Of a DNA stretch of 64,000 nucleotides, positions 1 through 10,314 are shown in pieces. Every line of letters begins with the position of its first letter. Position 1 is the first letter of the stretch. The notes below the pieces were generated by a model that saw nothing but the letters and a program-made list of their open reading frames with translations, ran no database searches and was not told the origin of the DNA. Location: NCBI GenBank assembly GCA_900317935.1, contig ONIU01000004.1, positions 2,139-66,138 on the forward strand, given 5' to 3'. This stretch comes from an uncultured bacterium. Its GTDB lineage: Bacteria > Muiribacteriota > Ozemobacteria > Ozemobacterales > Ozemobacteraceae. Position numbers and translations under genes: made by a program.

Positions 1-349
1 TAGAGAGTTTTCCGACATGTCGGTCATATTTTTTTACCTGAATCATAGCTTCGTGACGCATTACATCAAGAAGATCTTCTTTTTTATAATCTAAGTGGTC
101 AATTCCTGCTGCAATTACGTTTGCTAATGGAGAAGCGTCTTCACGACAAATTCTCATTGCATCAGTAAAATGATGAGTATTTATAGCAGCTTTAACTCTT
201 TTCATCAGGTTATTGCTGTTTACTTTGTTGCGAGAATAGAATCTGATTCTTTCGATAAGAACGGCTAAGGCGATTACTGAACAGAACATGATTAAATACA
301 TGACTGGTCCGCCATTTACAAAAATATCAACTAAAAATACGCCTTTCAT
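1..349 (-). CDS. MotA/TolQ/ExbB-family proton-channel protein, N-terminal part (gene continues past window start)
   Basis: Open at window edge, so absent from ORF track. Reverse-strand translation from ATG (comp. 349-347) reads MKGVFLVDIFVNGGPVMYLIMFCSVIALAVLIERIRFYSRNK..., a typical ExbB/TolQ N-terminus with TM1. AGGAGG (comp. 359-354) lies just upstream. Confidence 0.75.
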   Translation of the reverse strand, partial: MKGVFLVDIFVNGGPVMYLIMFCSVIALAVLIERIRFYSRNKVNSNNLMKRVKAAINTHHFTDAMRICREDASPLANVIAAGIDHLDYKKEDLLDVMRHEAMIQVKKYDRHVGKLS

Positions 350-509
350 AATGCCTCCTGAATATTTATTCTTGTGTATTTATCGGCAGAATGAAAGTTT
401 CTTCTTAGTTTTCTATATTTGTTGTTATATGTTTAAACTTTTTTGTATCTTTATTTGGTTATTTTTAATATAATTAAATTAGATATTTTAAAGAAGGTTG
501 AAAATATTT

Positions 510-1241
510 ATGAAATCTAGAATTATAACTGCTCTTTTCTTGTTTATGACTTTGTCTAATTCACTTTTTGCATTTAGTAATAAATACTTTTCTGTAAAAG
601 ATAATGGATGGGAAGTAAAAAGAATTTCAGATAAAGCCATTGGATTTATGATGAAAGATTATGTATCTGAAGAGGGTGATGAGACTGGATTACCTCCCAT
701 AGTAAATGTTAATATTGAAGGGGAAAAAGAGGATACTATTTACAGAGCTAATTATGATAAAACAGAATTAAATCGATTTGAAAACTTAATTAAAGATAAA
801 GCTTTTAAGCAGTATTTAGAGGAAGGGAAAAAAGCTTCTAGAGAATATCTTGAAAATAATTTTAAGGGAGCATCAAAACGAAAAATAGATGATGCGATAG
901 AAGAGATATATAAAGATTCTAAAATTGAATCTGCTTCTATAAGTAAGATAGGAAATAGTAAGTCGTTTCAAGTAGATTTTCAGATAGGCTCAATTCATTT
1001 TAGACGTTTTGTAGTTACTACTTTACATCGAGTTACTATAGTAGAGTTTAAATATCCGGTTGTTTCTAATTTTACTTCCTCAAAGACTTATAAAGATTTT
1101 ATTTCTAGTTTCAAAATCAATGATAAGGAAGGAAGTGCTTTTAATGTATTTCTTTATGGCGGTATGGGTATGAATATTATAAAATTAATAGTAATAGTTT
1201 TGATTAGTATTGGGGTAAAGATATTCAGAAATAGAGCTTGA
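510..1241 (+). CDS. hypothetical exported protein (signal-like N-terminus, C-terminal hydrophobic anchor)
   Basis: ORF 498-1241. ATG 510 (MKSRIITALFLFMTLSNSLFA) is preferred over TTG 498 because GAAGG at 493-497 precedes it. No family recognised. Confidence 0.6.
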   Translation: MKSRIITALFLFMTLSNSLFAFSNKYFSVKDNGWEVKRISDKAIGFMMKDYVSEEGDETGLPPIVNVNIEGEKEDTIYRANYDKTELNRFENLIKDKAFKQYLEEGKKASREYLENNFKGASKRKIDDAIEEIYKDSKIESASISKIGNSKSFQVDFQIGSIHFRRFVVTTLHRVTIVEFKYPVVSNFTSSKTYKDFISSFKINDKEGSAFNVFLYGGMGMNIIKLIVIVLISIGVKIFRNRA

Positions 1242-1244
1242 TTG

Positions 1245-1281
1245 TAAAAAAAGAGCTTGTTTTGAACAAGCTCTTTTTTTT
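1245..1281. terminator. bidirectional intrinsic terminator between convergent genes
   Basis: Stem AAGAGCTTGTT (1251-1261) / AACAAGCTCTT (1265-1275), flanked by an A-run and a T-run. Confidence 0.8.
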
Positions 1282-1291
1282 ACGTATTTTC

Positions 1292-2935
1292 TTAGAAGTG
1301 TATTTCTATTCCACCTAATGTTACTCGGCCTTCTTCAGAAACGTCGTGTCTGATTTTCTTTCCTTCATCATAAAGGTCTTTTATTTTACAGTATGCGGTA
1401 AACCTATCGTTAAGCTTATACTTTACAGCTAGATCAGATCTGCTGTAATCGCTTACTCCAACCAGACCTACCGGACCGCCGTTGTTCCCAACATAAGCTT
1501 TTCGGCCTGATTCTGCTCTTCTTGTAAAATCGAGCATGATTTTATTGTTTGTGTAATTGAGGCCTACATCAAGTATCTGTTTGGGTTCATATGATAATCT
1601 GTTCCCATTGGAATCTTCCGGAGTTTGAGCAGTAGCACTCAGGCAAAGAGTAAAACCTTCATCAAGTTTGAAATCGCCTCTGAAGGTTAAACCTTTTCTT
1701 TCTGCATCAGCATAAGCAACTCTTGAACTCAAAATTCTTCGGCCATCGAAATTGTTGATATCGAAATATTCTATAGAATTGTCTTCTTTCTGAGAGAACA
1801 AATCAACGCCAATACAGTCTCCGTTATAGGTTCTATAATCTATTGAAGATTTTAAGGTCTTTTTCTTTGAAGCCTTAAATTCTAAGTCCTTAGTATCAAC
1901 ATATCTGTTCGGCATGAAGATTTTTTCAAGATTGTCGTTTCCTAAGTCTTCTTCATATCCTAATGATAGTTTCCAGATTGTGTTTGGCTGATAGCTGAAA
2001 TTGACATAAGGGGAAAGCTTGTCCTCGCCTTTTAATTTCATAGCTTTTAAGCCAATTCCACCAACAGCCTTAGAAGATAATTCTTTTTCTATGCCACCAG
2101 CAGCAACTGTTTTGGTAAACTTAATATCTCTGCCGTATTCTGAATCCAGTTTTTCTGTTCTGATATCAATAGAAGCATTAGCTGTAGTTTTGTCGTCTAT
2201 TCGATTTTTATATGTTCCGCCAATTCTAAGAGCAGCTAAGTCTTGTTCGTCTCTGAAACCAACATCGTTTGTAGTATCTCTGTTAAGAGAATCAAATGTT
2301 GCATAGCCTTTTACGAATGCACCGTTTTCAAGAGTAGAGTCTGAGTTTATCCAAATTCTTTTGTCGTCATTGTCTAATTTTGCATTTGCGTCGAGACCTT
2401 GTCTTATAGCTGTATCTGTTCCTCTTAGAGCGGATTTTTTATCCAATATTTCTACACCACCTGTAACAGTGGTAGTGTCATCATTCGTTGTTGTTATTCT
2501 AGCTTTAAGGCCGGTTTTTTCAGAATCTACAGTAGATTTAAAACCATCTTTTGACTGTCTGATAATAATGAGGTCGCCCTTATATTTTTCATTCTGACCT
2601 CTTCCATTAACATACATTTCGCTAGAACCACGATTACCCATTCCTAAAGCTGCAGAATACTCATTTTTAAGTGTTCTATGAATATTATCTACTACTGGTT
2701 TTTCTGTAACCGGTTGATATGTAGACAGACTTTCAATTTCAGGAGTAAGATCAGGTAAAGGAATAGATTTGTCCGTCATGCCAAATGCTATTTCATTTGT
2801 ACTCTGAAGCATTTTGCTGCTTTGAGCATCTTTGCCTACTACTTGAACATTACCCATATCATACGTATCCGCAGCGTATACCGTTGCACTTATGCCGCAT
2901 GCTAAGGCTAAGGCAATAATTTTCTTATAATGCAT
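1292..2935 (-). CDS. outer-membrane beta-barrel protein (porin/receptor-like, no obvious plug domain)
   Basis: Signal peptide MHYKKIIALALACGISATVYA. Alternating amphipathic strands. C-terminal ...GGIEIHF with terminal Phe. Start moved to ATG 2935, which follows GGAGG; the ORF track start is 2950. Confidence 0.75.
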   Translation of the reverse strand: MHYKKIIALALACGISATVYAADTYDMGNVQVVGKDAQSSKMLQSTNEIAFGMTDKSIPLPDLTPEIESLSTYQPVTEKPVVDNIHRTLKNEYSAALGMGNRGSSEMYVNGRGQNEKYKGDLIIIRQSKDGFKSTVDSEKTGLKARITTTNDDTTTVTGGVEILDKKSALRGTDTAIRQGLDANAKLDNDDKRIWINSDSTLENGAFVKGYATFDSLNRDTTNDVGFRDEQDLAALRIGGTYKNRIDDKTTANASIDIRTEKLDSEYGRDIKFTKTVAAGGIEKELSSKAVGGIGLKAMKLKGEDKLSPYVNFSYQPNTIWKLSLGYEEDLGNDNLEKIFMPNRYVDTKDLEFKASKKKTLKSSIDYRTYNGDCIGVDLFSQKEDNSIEYFDINNFDGRRILSSRVAYADAERKGLTFRGDFKLDEGFTLCLSATAQTPEDSNGNRLSYEPKQILDVGLNYTNNKIMLDFTRRAESGRKAYVGNNGGPVGLVGVSDYSRSDLAVKYKLNDRFTAYCKIKDLYDEGKKIRHDVSEEGRVTLGGIEIHF

Positions 2936-3169
2936 CTTGCATGCCTCCACTTATTTTTATATTTTTAATCAGTTATCGACCATTATTTGTTTAACTCTTA
3001 ACAAAGTTTATTTGTCTTTGTTTGAGTTTGTTGTACACAGATAATTAAAAAAAACTATTGCCAAACATAGGAATAAAACTGTAAAATGATTATTACATTT
3101 ATTTATAAATGTTTATTTATGTTTGTTTATATCAAACTGTGACAAACAAAGTGGAAGGAGCTCCAAATC

Positions 3170-5257
3170 TTGAAGTCCAGTAGATTTCTTTTTGTAATGG
3201 TGCTTTCGCTAACAGCTTTTTCTTTTGAAGCTTATGCGCAATCAAATGATGATCTCTTAAAAGAAATAAGAGAAATCAAGAATTCCGTTAAGGAAAATAC
3301 CCAAGCTGTTAAAGAACTTAACCAGCTTATTAAAAGCGGCAAGTTTGCCGTTGGCAACGGTGGCTCAGTCAGCACTGCTAATGTTTCAGCAGATAGTGTT
3401 GAATCAATGAGTCAGGCAGATAAAGACAGCTTACTTAAGTCTTTAAAGTGGCAAACCAACGATAATATAACTGCATTCGGCAGTCCAAAAGCTAAAAAAG
3501 GTGGTGTTTTAAGATGTGTTGAATCTTCTTTCCCACCAACTTTAAGAATTACAGGAAAAAATTCAAATTCTGTTTTTAACAGCACATTATCTGGTCTTTG
3601 CTATGAAACATTGCTTGACTTAGATCCTATTAGTTATGATTATGCTCCAAATCTAGCTAAAAGATGGGCTGTTGCTGATGATAAACAGACTTTCTTTTTT
3701 GAAATAGACGAACGCGCAAAGTGGTCTGATGGCAAACCAGTATGTTCCAATGACGTTATACAGACTTGGAAACTTTATACAGACCCAGATATTGAAGACC
3801 CATTCTCTGTTGATTTTTATGGAAAATATGAATGCCCAGTTGCCATAACAGATAAAATTGTAATGGTAAAATCTAAACAGCTCAATTGGCGTGCTTTTAT
3901 GTCTATTGGTTGTGCCACTCAGATTCTTCCTGGTCATATCTTAGAAAAGATAGATGGTAAAAAATACCTTGAAGAATATCAGTTTAAGATGATGGAAGGC
4001 AGCGGCCCTTACACATATGAAAGTTCTAAGGTAAATGAAGAAGTCGTATTGGTCAGAAGAGAAGATTGGTGGCAGAAGGATTTCCCCAAAAATAGAGGTC
4101 TATATAATTTTGACAAATTAGACTTTATCTTTGTTGGTGATGAAAATCTTAAAAATGAAAAATTCAAAAAAGGCGAATTAGACTGGATGCTGGTAAATGT
4201 TGCCCGTGAATGGCATCAGGTCTTTGTCCCAGCTAAGATGACAGCTATCGCTAATGGTTGGATGCAACGCCGTAAGGTTTATACTCATAGACCAGTAGGA
4301 ACTTCAGGCATTGCTTTTAACTTAAGAAAGCCACCTTTTGATGATATAAGAGTCCGCAAAGCATTCGCTCATCTTTATAATCGTGAAAAGATGATGGATA
4401 AATTATTCTTTAATGAATATGAATTTTTGGATTCTCATTATCCAAACTCACCTTATGAAAATCCAAACAATCCAAAAATGCGTTATGATCCTGATAAAGC
4501 AGTTGAACTTCTTGAAGAAGCCGGTTGGTTACAGCAAAACCGTGACTCTGATGGTTGGCTGGTTAAGGATGGCAAACGTTTTGAACTCAATCTGAATCTT
4601 ACAGATAAGGGTTCAGAAAGAATCTATACTATTTTCCAGGAAGATCTGAAGGATGTTGGTATAAAACTGAATCTTAAGCTTGTTACCTGGGCTACTGATA
4701 TTAAAGAAGTTGGCGAAAGAAACTTCTTGATTTCTTCAAGAGCATATACTGGTTTGACTTTCCCGAATCCTGAAAGTTCTCTTCATTCTAAATTTGCTGA
4801 TAAACCAGATAACAACAATATTTGGGGCTTCAAGAATGCTAGAGTAGATGAAATATGTGAAAAATACCCGCTTATGTTTGATGTAAATGATAGAATTGCT
4901 GCTATTCGTGAAATAGACGGGATTATCTGTAATGAACATCTTTATGCATTAGGTTGGTATGCAGCTCATACAAGACTACTTTACTGGGATAAATTCGGTA
5001 TGCCAGACTATGTTCTTCAAAAGACCAGCGATGAAAATTCAATTCTTTATACCTGGTGGTATGACCCAGATAAAGATAATGAATTAACTGAAGCTAAAAA
5101 GAATGGTAAAAAACTTCCTGTTGGCTGGTATCCAGAAGACAAATTAGAAGAAGTTAAGAAAAAAATCGCTAATGGAGAACCGGTTGAACCAGGTAAAGAA
5201 AACATTAAATGGTGGGACGAACATTATCCTAGAAATGGTGCAGAGGCAGTCAAATAA
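3170..5257 (+). CDS. ABC transporter substrate-binding protein, family 5 (OppA/YejA-like peptide binding)
   Basis: 695 aa with a signal peptide and family-5 SBP-like sequence. TTG start 9 nt after GGAAGGAG (3153-3160). First gene of the ABC operon. Confidence 0.85.
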   Translation: MKSSRFLFVMVLSLTAFSFEAYAQSNDDLLKEIREIKNSVKENTQAVKELNQLIKSGKFAVGNGGSVSTANVSADSVESMSQADKDSLLKSLKWQTNDNITAFGSPKAKKGGVLRCVESSFPPTLRITGKNSNSVFNSTLSGLCYETLLDLDPISYDYAPNLAKRWAVADDKQTFFFEIDERAKWSDGKPVCSNDVIQTWKLYTDPDIEDPFSVDFYGKYECPVAITDKIVMVKSKQLNWRAFMSIGCATQILPGHILEKIDGKKYLEEYQFKMMEGSGPYTYESSKVNEEVVLVRREDWWQKDFPKNRGLYNFDKLDFIFVGDENLKNEKFKKGELDWMLVNVAREWHQVFVPAKMTAIANGWMQRRKVYTHRPVGTSGIAFNLRKPPFDDIRVRKAFAHLYNREKMMDKLFFNEYEFLDSHYPNSPYENPNNPKMRYDPDKAVELLEEAGWLQQNRDSDGWLVKDGKRFELNLNLTDKGSERIYTIFQEDLKDVGIKLNLKLVTWATDIKEVGERNFLISSRAYTGLTFPNPESSLHSKFADKPDNNNIWGFKNARVDEICEKYPLMFDVNDRIAAIREIDGIICNEHLYALGWYAAHTRLLYWDKFGMPDYVLQKTSDENSILYTWWYDPDKDNELTEAKKNGKKLPVGWYPEDKLEEVKKKIANGEPVEPGKENIKWWDEHYPRNGAEAVK

Positions 5258-6492
5258 TGTTTAGTTATTTTTTCAGAAGATTATTATTGATGATACCGAC
5301 CTTTATCGGTATAACATTTTTGGTTTTTACTGTAACAAGATTTGTTCCTGGCGGACCTGTTGAACAAGCTGTATTAAGATATCAGCAGGCTGCTTCTATG
5401 GGTGGCGAAGGCGGCGGTGGAACTGCTTCAGGAATGGACGAAAATGGTCAGATTTCTGAAGAAATGATGCAGCGCCTTAAAGAAATCTATGGTTTTGATA
5501 AACCTTTCTATCAGGCATACTGCATTTGGTTGTGGCGTGTTCTTCATTTTGATCTTGGAGTTTCTGATACTTATTCAAGACCTGTTTGGGACTTAATAAA
5601 AGAAAAATTCCCGATTTCTATTATATTTGGTTTAGCTGGTTTTATTCTTTCCTATTCAATATGTATACCATTGGGTGTATGGAAGGCGGTAAAACACGGC
5701 TCTATTTTCGATACTTCAAGTTCGGTTCTCGTTTTTATTGCTTATTCTATTCCAGGTTGGACAGCAGGTGTTCTTTTACTTATGCTTTTCGGTGGTGGCA
5801 CTTATTTGAACTGGTTCCCGCTGGGCGGATTCGAATCTGCTGCAATATCTAAGGATTCACATCTATATCAATATGTAAAAGAAGCTGCTTATGTTAGAGA
5901 TATTCCTGTAGAAGAAGCAAATAAATATGAAGATATTAAAGAATTATTGAAAAAGGGAGAATCTACTCAGATTACTTCTGATCATCCAGCATTTAATTCT
6001 GTTCCAAGTGAAAAAAGAACTAAGGTAACAAATCCTGCTCATAAAGATTTAACCTTTTTCGGAAGAGTTGCAGATATAGCTTGGCATATGTTTTTGCCTG
6101 TTTTCTGTTATGTATTAGGCTCTTTTGCTTCAATGACCGTTTTAATGAAAAACTCATTGATGGAAAATCTCGGTCAGGATTACGTCAGAACAGCATTTGC
6201 TAAAGGCTTGTCTGAAAAGACTGTTATTTTCAAACATACATTGAGGAATTCTCTCATTCCATTGGCAACTGGTCTGGGGCATATGCTCTCTATAATTTTG
6301 GCTGGTTCATTTTTAATAGAAAAAGTATTTAATATTAATGGATTTGGATTGTTAGGCTATAACTCTTTGATTGCCAGAGATTATCCGGTTGTTCTTGGCT
6401 CTTTGGTTATTTCAACCATACTGGGCTTGTTGGGTAATATTATTTCTGACTTGTTATATTGTGTTATAGACCCGAGGATAAGATTCTCATGA
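5257..6492 (+). CDS. ABC peptide transporter permease (YejB/OppB-like)
   Basis: N-terminal FVPGGPVEQ and C-terminal ...GFGLLGYNSLIARDYPVVLG...DPRIRF are typical of OppB/YejB permeases. The start overlaps the SBP stop (TAATG). Confidence 0.9.
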   Translation: MFSYFFRRLLLMIPTFIGITFLVFTVTRFVPGGPVEQAVLRYQQAASMGGEGGGGTASGMDENGQISEEMMQRLKEIYGFDKPFYQAYCIWLWRVLHFDLGVSDTYSRPVWDLIKEKFPISIIFGLAGFILSYSICIPLGVWKAVKHGSIFDTSSSVLVFIAYSIPGWTAGVLLLMLFGGGTYLNWFPLGGFESAAISKDSHLYQYVKEAAYVRDIPVEEANKYEDIKELLKKGESTQITSDHPAFNSVPSEKRTKVTNPAHKDLTFFGRVADIAWHMFLPVFCYVLGSFASMTVLMKNSLMENLGQDYVRTAFAKGLSEKTVIFKHTLRNSLIPLATGLGHMLSIILAGSFLIEKVFNINGFGLLGYNSLIARDYPVVLGSLVISTILGLLGNIISDLLYCVIDPRIRFS

Positions 6493-8003
6493 ACGAACAT
6501 TACGAAAAATATAAAAAAGCTTACGATTTTTTGGCTGTACTTGTTCTTTGGGCAATTCTTTATGCTCTATGTCCAAGTTTTGACAAATCAGTCAACGCTA
6601 GTCATACGGCAGAAGGAATAACAACTCTTGTATTATCAATCTGTCTGGTTGTTTGGTTAATGCCTGTATTTGTTGCCGCATTAAATGCTTTTGCAATGTT
6701 CTTTACCAGCCCTATATTTAAAAGACGCTGGAGAAAGTTTCAAAGCTTAAAACGCGGTTATTATTCCTTTATAATTGTAGTTACCCTTTTTGTTCTTTCC
6801 TTCTTTGCTGAGTTCTTAATTAATGGAAATGCAATTCTAGTTAAGTATAAAGGTGATTACTATTTCACTCTTTTCAAGACGATGAGAGCTAGAGACCTCG
6901 GTATGAAAGGTTATGGTTCTCCAAATTATCGTGCTATGACAGAGTTCTATAAGAAGAATAACTCTGAAAGAGGAGAACGCATCAAGAACAATCAAGCTAC
7001 TGAAGATGATAAAAAATATATAGAAAATAACTGGGGTGATGACTGGGTATTGATGCCTATTTATCCATATGGAGATATAGAATCTCTTCTCAATGAACTT
7101 CCCTGCAGACCACCTCATCCACCTACATGGAATGAAGGCGAATGGCGCAAATGTTATTTTGAAGAAGCTATGTTTGATATACCAGCAGTAAAACCTACTA
7201 AGGAACAGATTGTAAATGAATATAAACATCCTGAATGGGTTGATTTAGAAGAACCTCAGCTATATTACAATATGGCTATGGAAGGTTTCTTAAAGCTAAA
7301 AGATGGTGTTCAGCAGCCAACTGGTATACATTTGTTAGGAACCGACGACAGAGGTAGAGATGTCTTTGCTCGTATGGTTTATGGTTTCAGAATATCAATG
7401 GCTTTTGCTTTAATCGTTACTTTCTTCTCATACTTAATAGGAATTTCTATTGGTGCTCTCTTGGGCTACTACGGCGGTTGGTTTGATATCGTTGTTCAGC
7501 GTATTGTTGAAATATGGTCTGCTATGCCGTTCCTTTATACAGTAATGATTTTTGCAGCCATTATGATTCCAAATTTCTGGATGTTGGTTGGAATTCTTGT
7601 TTTGTTCGGTTGGATGGGTATGACCTATTACATCCGTGCAGAATTCCTGCGTGAAAAGTCAAAGGATTATGTTGCTGCTGCTAAGGCAATTGGTTGCACT
7701 GATTCAACAATCATTTTCAAGCATATCCTTCCAAATGCTTTGACTCCAGTTATTTCTTTTGCACCTTTTGCAATTGTAGCTAATATCAGTTCCTTGGTAT
7801 CATTAGACTTCCTTGGTTTTGGTCTGCCAGCTCCAACCTCTTCATGGGGTGAATTGCTTGGTCAGGGTCTTGCAAACCTTACGAAACCTTGGCTGATCTT
7901 ATCGCCAATAACAGCATTTTTTGTAACTTTGCTCCTTGTTTCTTTCATAGGCGAAGCTATAAGAGAAGCTTTTGACCCGAAACAGTATTCTCGCCTGAGA
8001 TAA
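6489..8003 (+). CDS. ABC peptide transporter permease with long N-terminal extension (YejE/OppC-like)
   Basis: C-terminal half carries the permease core (GTDDRGRDVFARMVYG..., EAA-loop-like AAKAIGCTDSTIIFKHILPN). ATG 6489 overlaps the upstream stop (ATGA) and is preferred over the ORF-track start 6459. Confidence 0.88.
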   Translation: MNEHYEKYKKAYDFLAVLVLWAILYALCPSFDKSVNASHTAEGITTLVLSICLVVWLMPVFVAALNAFAMFFTSPIFKRRWRKFQSLKRGYYSFIIVVTLFVLSFFAEFLINGNAILVKYKGDYYFTLFKTMRARDLGMKGYGSPNYRAMTEFYKKNNSERGERIKNNQATEDDKKYIENNWGDDWVLMPIYPYGDIESLLNELPCRPPHPPTWNEGEWRKCYFEEAMFDIPAVKPTKEQIVNEYKHPEWVDLEEPQLYYNMAMEGFLKLKDGVQQPTGIHLLGTDDRGRDVFARMVYGFRISMAFALIVTFFSYLIGISIGALLGYYGGWFDIVVQRIVEIWSAMPFLYTVMIFAAIMIPNFWMLVGILVLFGWMGMTYYIRAEFLREKSKDYVAAAKAIGCTDSTIIFKHILPNALTPVISFAPFAIVANISSLVSLDFLGFGLPAPTSSWGELLGQGLANLTKPWLILSPITAFFVTLLLVSFIGEAIREAFDPKQYSRLR

Positions 8004-8015
8004 GGAGTAACGAAA

Positions 8016-9029
8016 ATGAAAGATGATGTTTTATTATCTGTAAAAAATCTTAAAACATATTTCAAGACAGAAGCTGGAATAGCAAAGTCTGTTGATGGTG
8101 TTGATTTCGATGTTTATCCAGGTGAAGTATTAGGTATCGTAGGTGAATCAGGCTCAGGGAAGTCTGTTACTTCTTTGTCTATAATGCAGTTAATTCCTAA
8201 TCCTCCTGGTGAAATCGTTGATGGCGATATTATATTCGAAGGACAAAACCTTCTTACTAGCTATAGGAAGAAAGACTATGATGCTATTCGAAAGATTCGT
8301 GGAAATAAGATTTCAATGATTTTCCAGGAACCAATGACTAGCTTAAATCCAGTATTTACTATTGGTGAACAAGTTGCTGAATCCTTGAGACTTCATCAAC
8401 ATATGAATAACAGACAAGCATTAGATGCTGCTGCAAATATGCTTGACCTAGTTGGTATTCCTTCTCCTCGTGAACGTCTTAAGGATTATCCGCATCAGTT
8501 CTCAGGTGGTATGAGACAGCGCGTTATGATTGCAATGGCTTTGGCCTGTAATCCATCTCTTCTCATTGCTGACGAACCAACTACTGCTCTTGACGTTACA
8601 ATTCAAGCTCAGATTCTTGAATTAATGCTAGATGTAAAAGCAAAAACTGCTAATGCCGCAATAATGCTTATTACACATGATATGGCTGTTATCGCAGAAA
8701 CATGTCAGCGTGTTGTTGTTATGTATTGTGGCAAAGTTCAGGAAATTGCTGATATTAAGACTATTTTCAACTCGCCTCAGCATCCTTATACTCAAGGATT
8801 GCTTGCTTCTCTTCCAAAGCCTGGTCAAAAAGTCAGAAGATTAAATACCATAGAAGGTATGGTTCCTTCGCTTTTTGCTTTACCAAAAGGATGTAGCTTC
8901 TGCACAAGATGTAAGCAGAAAACAAAAGAATGTGATGAAATTCCTCCTGAAATGGTAGAGGTCGAACCAGGTCATTTTGTAAGATGCCATCTTGCAAAAG
9001 CTAAGAAAAAAATCTCGCTGGAAAAATAA
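8016..9029 (+). CDS. ABC transporter ATP-binding protein (OppD-like)
   Basis: Walker A GESGSGKS, signature FSGGMRQR, Walker [14 protein letters not shown]-terminal oligopeptide-type Cys region. AAGGAG RBS. Confidence 0.93.
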   Translation: MKDDVLLSVKNLKTYFKTEAGIAKSVDGVDFDVYPGEVLGIVGESGSGKSVTSLSIMQLIPNPPGEIVDGDIIFEGQNLLTSYRKKDYDAIRKIRGNKISMIFQEPMTSLNPVFTIGEQVAESLRLHQHMNNRQALDAAANMLDLVGIPSPRERLKDYPHQFSGGMRQRVMIAMALACNPSLLIADEPTTALDVTIQAQILELMLDVKAKTANAAIMLITHDMAVIAETCQRVVVMYCGKVQEIADIKTIFNSPQHPYTQGLLASLPKPGQKVRRLNTIEGMVPSLFALPKGCSFCTRCKQKTKECDEIPPEMVEVEPGHFVRCHLAKAKKKISLEK

Positions 9030-9040
9030 GGAAGAGTAAA

Positions 9041-10141
9041 ATGTACGATAAAAATAATCCATCTAAGTTATTATTAGAAGTAAAAGACCTTAAGATGTAT
9101 TTCCCTGTATTAGGCGGGGTTTTCAAAAAGAAAATAGCGGACGTAAAAGCTGTTGACGGTGTAAGCTTTGATTTGCATGAAGGTGAAACTCTTGGGCTGG
9201 TAGGGGAATCTGGATGCGGAAAGTCTACAACTGGCAAATGTCTGATTAACCTGAATAAGGCTACTGGTGGGCAAATTCTATTTCACTCCAATCTTACTGG
9301 TGAAATACCTGTTGTAGCTGTTAAAAATAAAGGTCATCGCATAAAAGTTCCTCCTTTTACAATTCCAACAGAATTGACTGTTGATATTGCTCAATTGAAT
9401 AATGATCAGATGAGACCTTTCAGATCTGAAATCCAGATGATTTTCCAGGATCCATATGCATCTCTTAACCCTCGTATGACTGTTAGTGAAATCATTATGG
9501 AACCATTGACTATTCATGCTGCAAATCTTTCAAAGAAAGAAATGTCTGATAAAGTTGCGTGGTTAATGGAAAAAGTTGGGCTTTCTGCAGAACAGGCCAA
9601 TCGTTATCCTCATGAATTCTCTGGTGGCCAACGTCAAAGAATTGGTATAGCTCGTGCCTTAGCTACTAATCCAAGATTGGTTATCGCCGACGAACCAGTT
9701 TCTGCTCTCGACGTTTCAATTCAGGCTCAGGTTATTAACTTGATGCAGGATTTACAGGAAGAATTCGGCTTAACTTATATATTTATTGCTCACGACTTGG
9801 CTGTTGTTGAACATATTTCTGACAGAATTGCAGTTATGTATCTTGGTAATATGGTTGAAATTGCTGAAACAGAAGAATTGTTCAAGAATCCAAAGCACCC
9901 ATATACTAGGGCTTTGCTTTCTGCTATTCCTCAGCCAGACCCGAATATCAAGAAAGAAAAGCGTATTATGCTTGAAGGCGATGTTCCAACTCCACTGAAT
10001 AAACCTTCTGGTTGTGGCTTCAGAACTAGATGTCCAATAGCTAGAGAAGAATGTGCTAAAAACATTCCGGTAATGCACGAAATATCACCTGGTCATCTTT
10101 GTGCTTGTCCTTACCATAACGAGTATAAAGTTAAAAGGTAG
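9041..10141 (+). CDS. ABC transporter ATP-binding protein (OppF-like, with extra segment)
   Basis: Walker [18 protein letters not shown], Walker [13 protein letters not shown]. Confidence 0.93.
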   Translation: MYDKNNPSKLLLEVKDLKMYFPVLGGVFKKKIADVKAVDGVSFDLHEGETLGLVGESGCGKSTTGKCLINLNKATGGQILFHSNLTGEIPVVAVKNKGHRIKVPPFTIPTELTVDIAQLNNDQMRPFRSEIQMIFQDPYASLNPRMTVSEIIMEPLTIHAANLSKKEMSDKVAWLMEKVGLSAEQANRYPHEFSGGQRQRIGIARALATNPRLVIADEPVSALDVSIQAQVINLMQDLQEEFGLTYIFIAHDLAVVEHISDRIAVMYLGNMVEIAETEELFKNPKHPYTRALLSAIPQPDPNIKKEKRIMLEGDVPTPLNKPSGCGFRTRCPIAREECAKNIPVMHEISPGHLCACPYHNEYKVKR

Positions 10142-10156
10142 AGCAAATTAAATTAC

Positions 10157-10193
10157 AAAAAAGCTAGATTGTTTACAATCTAGCTTTTTTTTT
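10157..10193 (+). terminator. intrinsic terminator of the ABC operon
   Basis: Stem AAGCTAGATTG (10161-10171) / CAATCTAGCTT (10176-10186) followed by a T-run. Confidence 0.8.
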
Positions 10194-10314
10194 ATGTAAT
10201 CCTAAGCTTTACTCCATCTAATAATTCTCATCTCTCATCTTTTCTCTTCCCTAATCTTATGATATACTGAAATATCTATTAAATCTCTAATCCTAAGCTT
10301 AAAGGATAATAAAA

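Noticed and set aside
498-509. The most upstream starts offered by the ORF track (498, 2950, 6459, 13068, 23108, 29899, 34024, 37430).
   Set aside because: In each case an internal ATG or GTG has a proper RBS, a signal peptide beginning or a stop-start overlap. The upstream extension adds implausible residues.
2019-2597. Short sense/antisense ORFs nested in large genes (for example 2019-2306, 2361-2597, 3653-3937, 6837-7229, 19250-19714, 37621-38067, 53979-54257).
   Set aside because: Each is fully contained in a longer ORF with recognisable family features or a better coding-like composition. None has an RBS.
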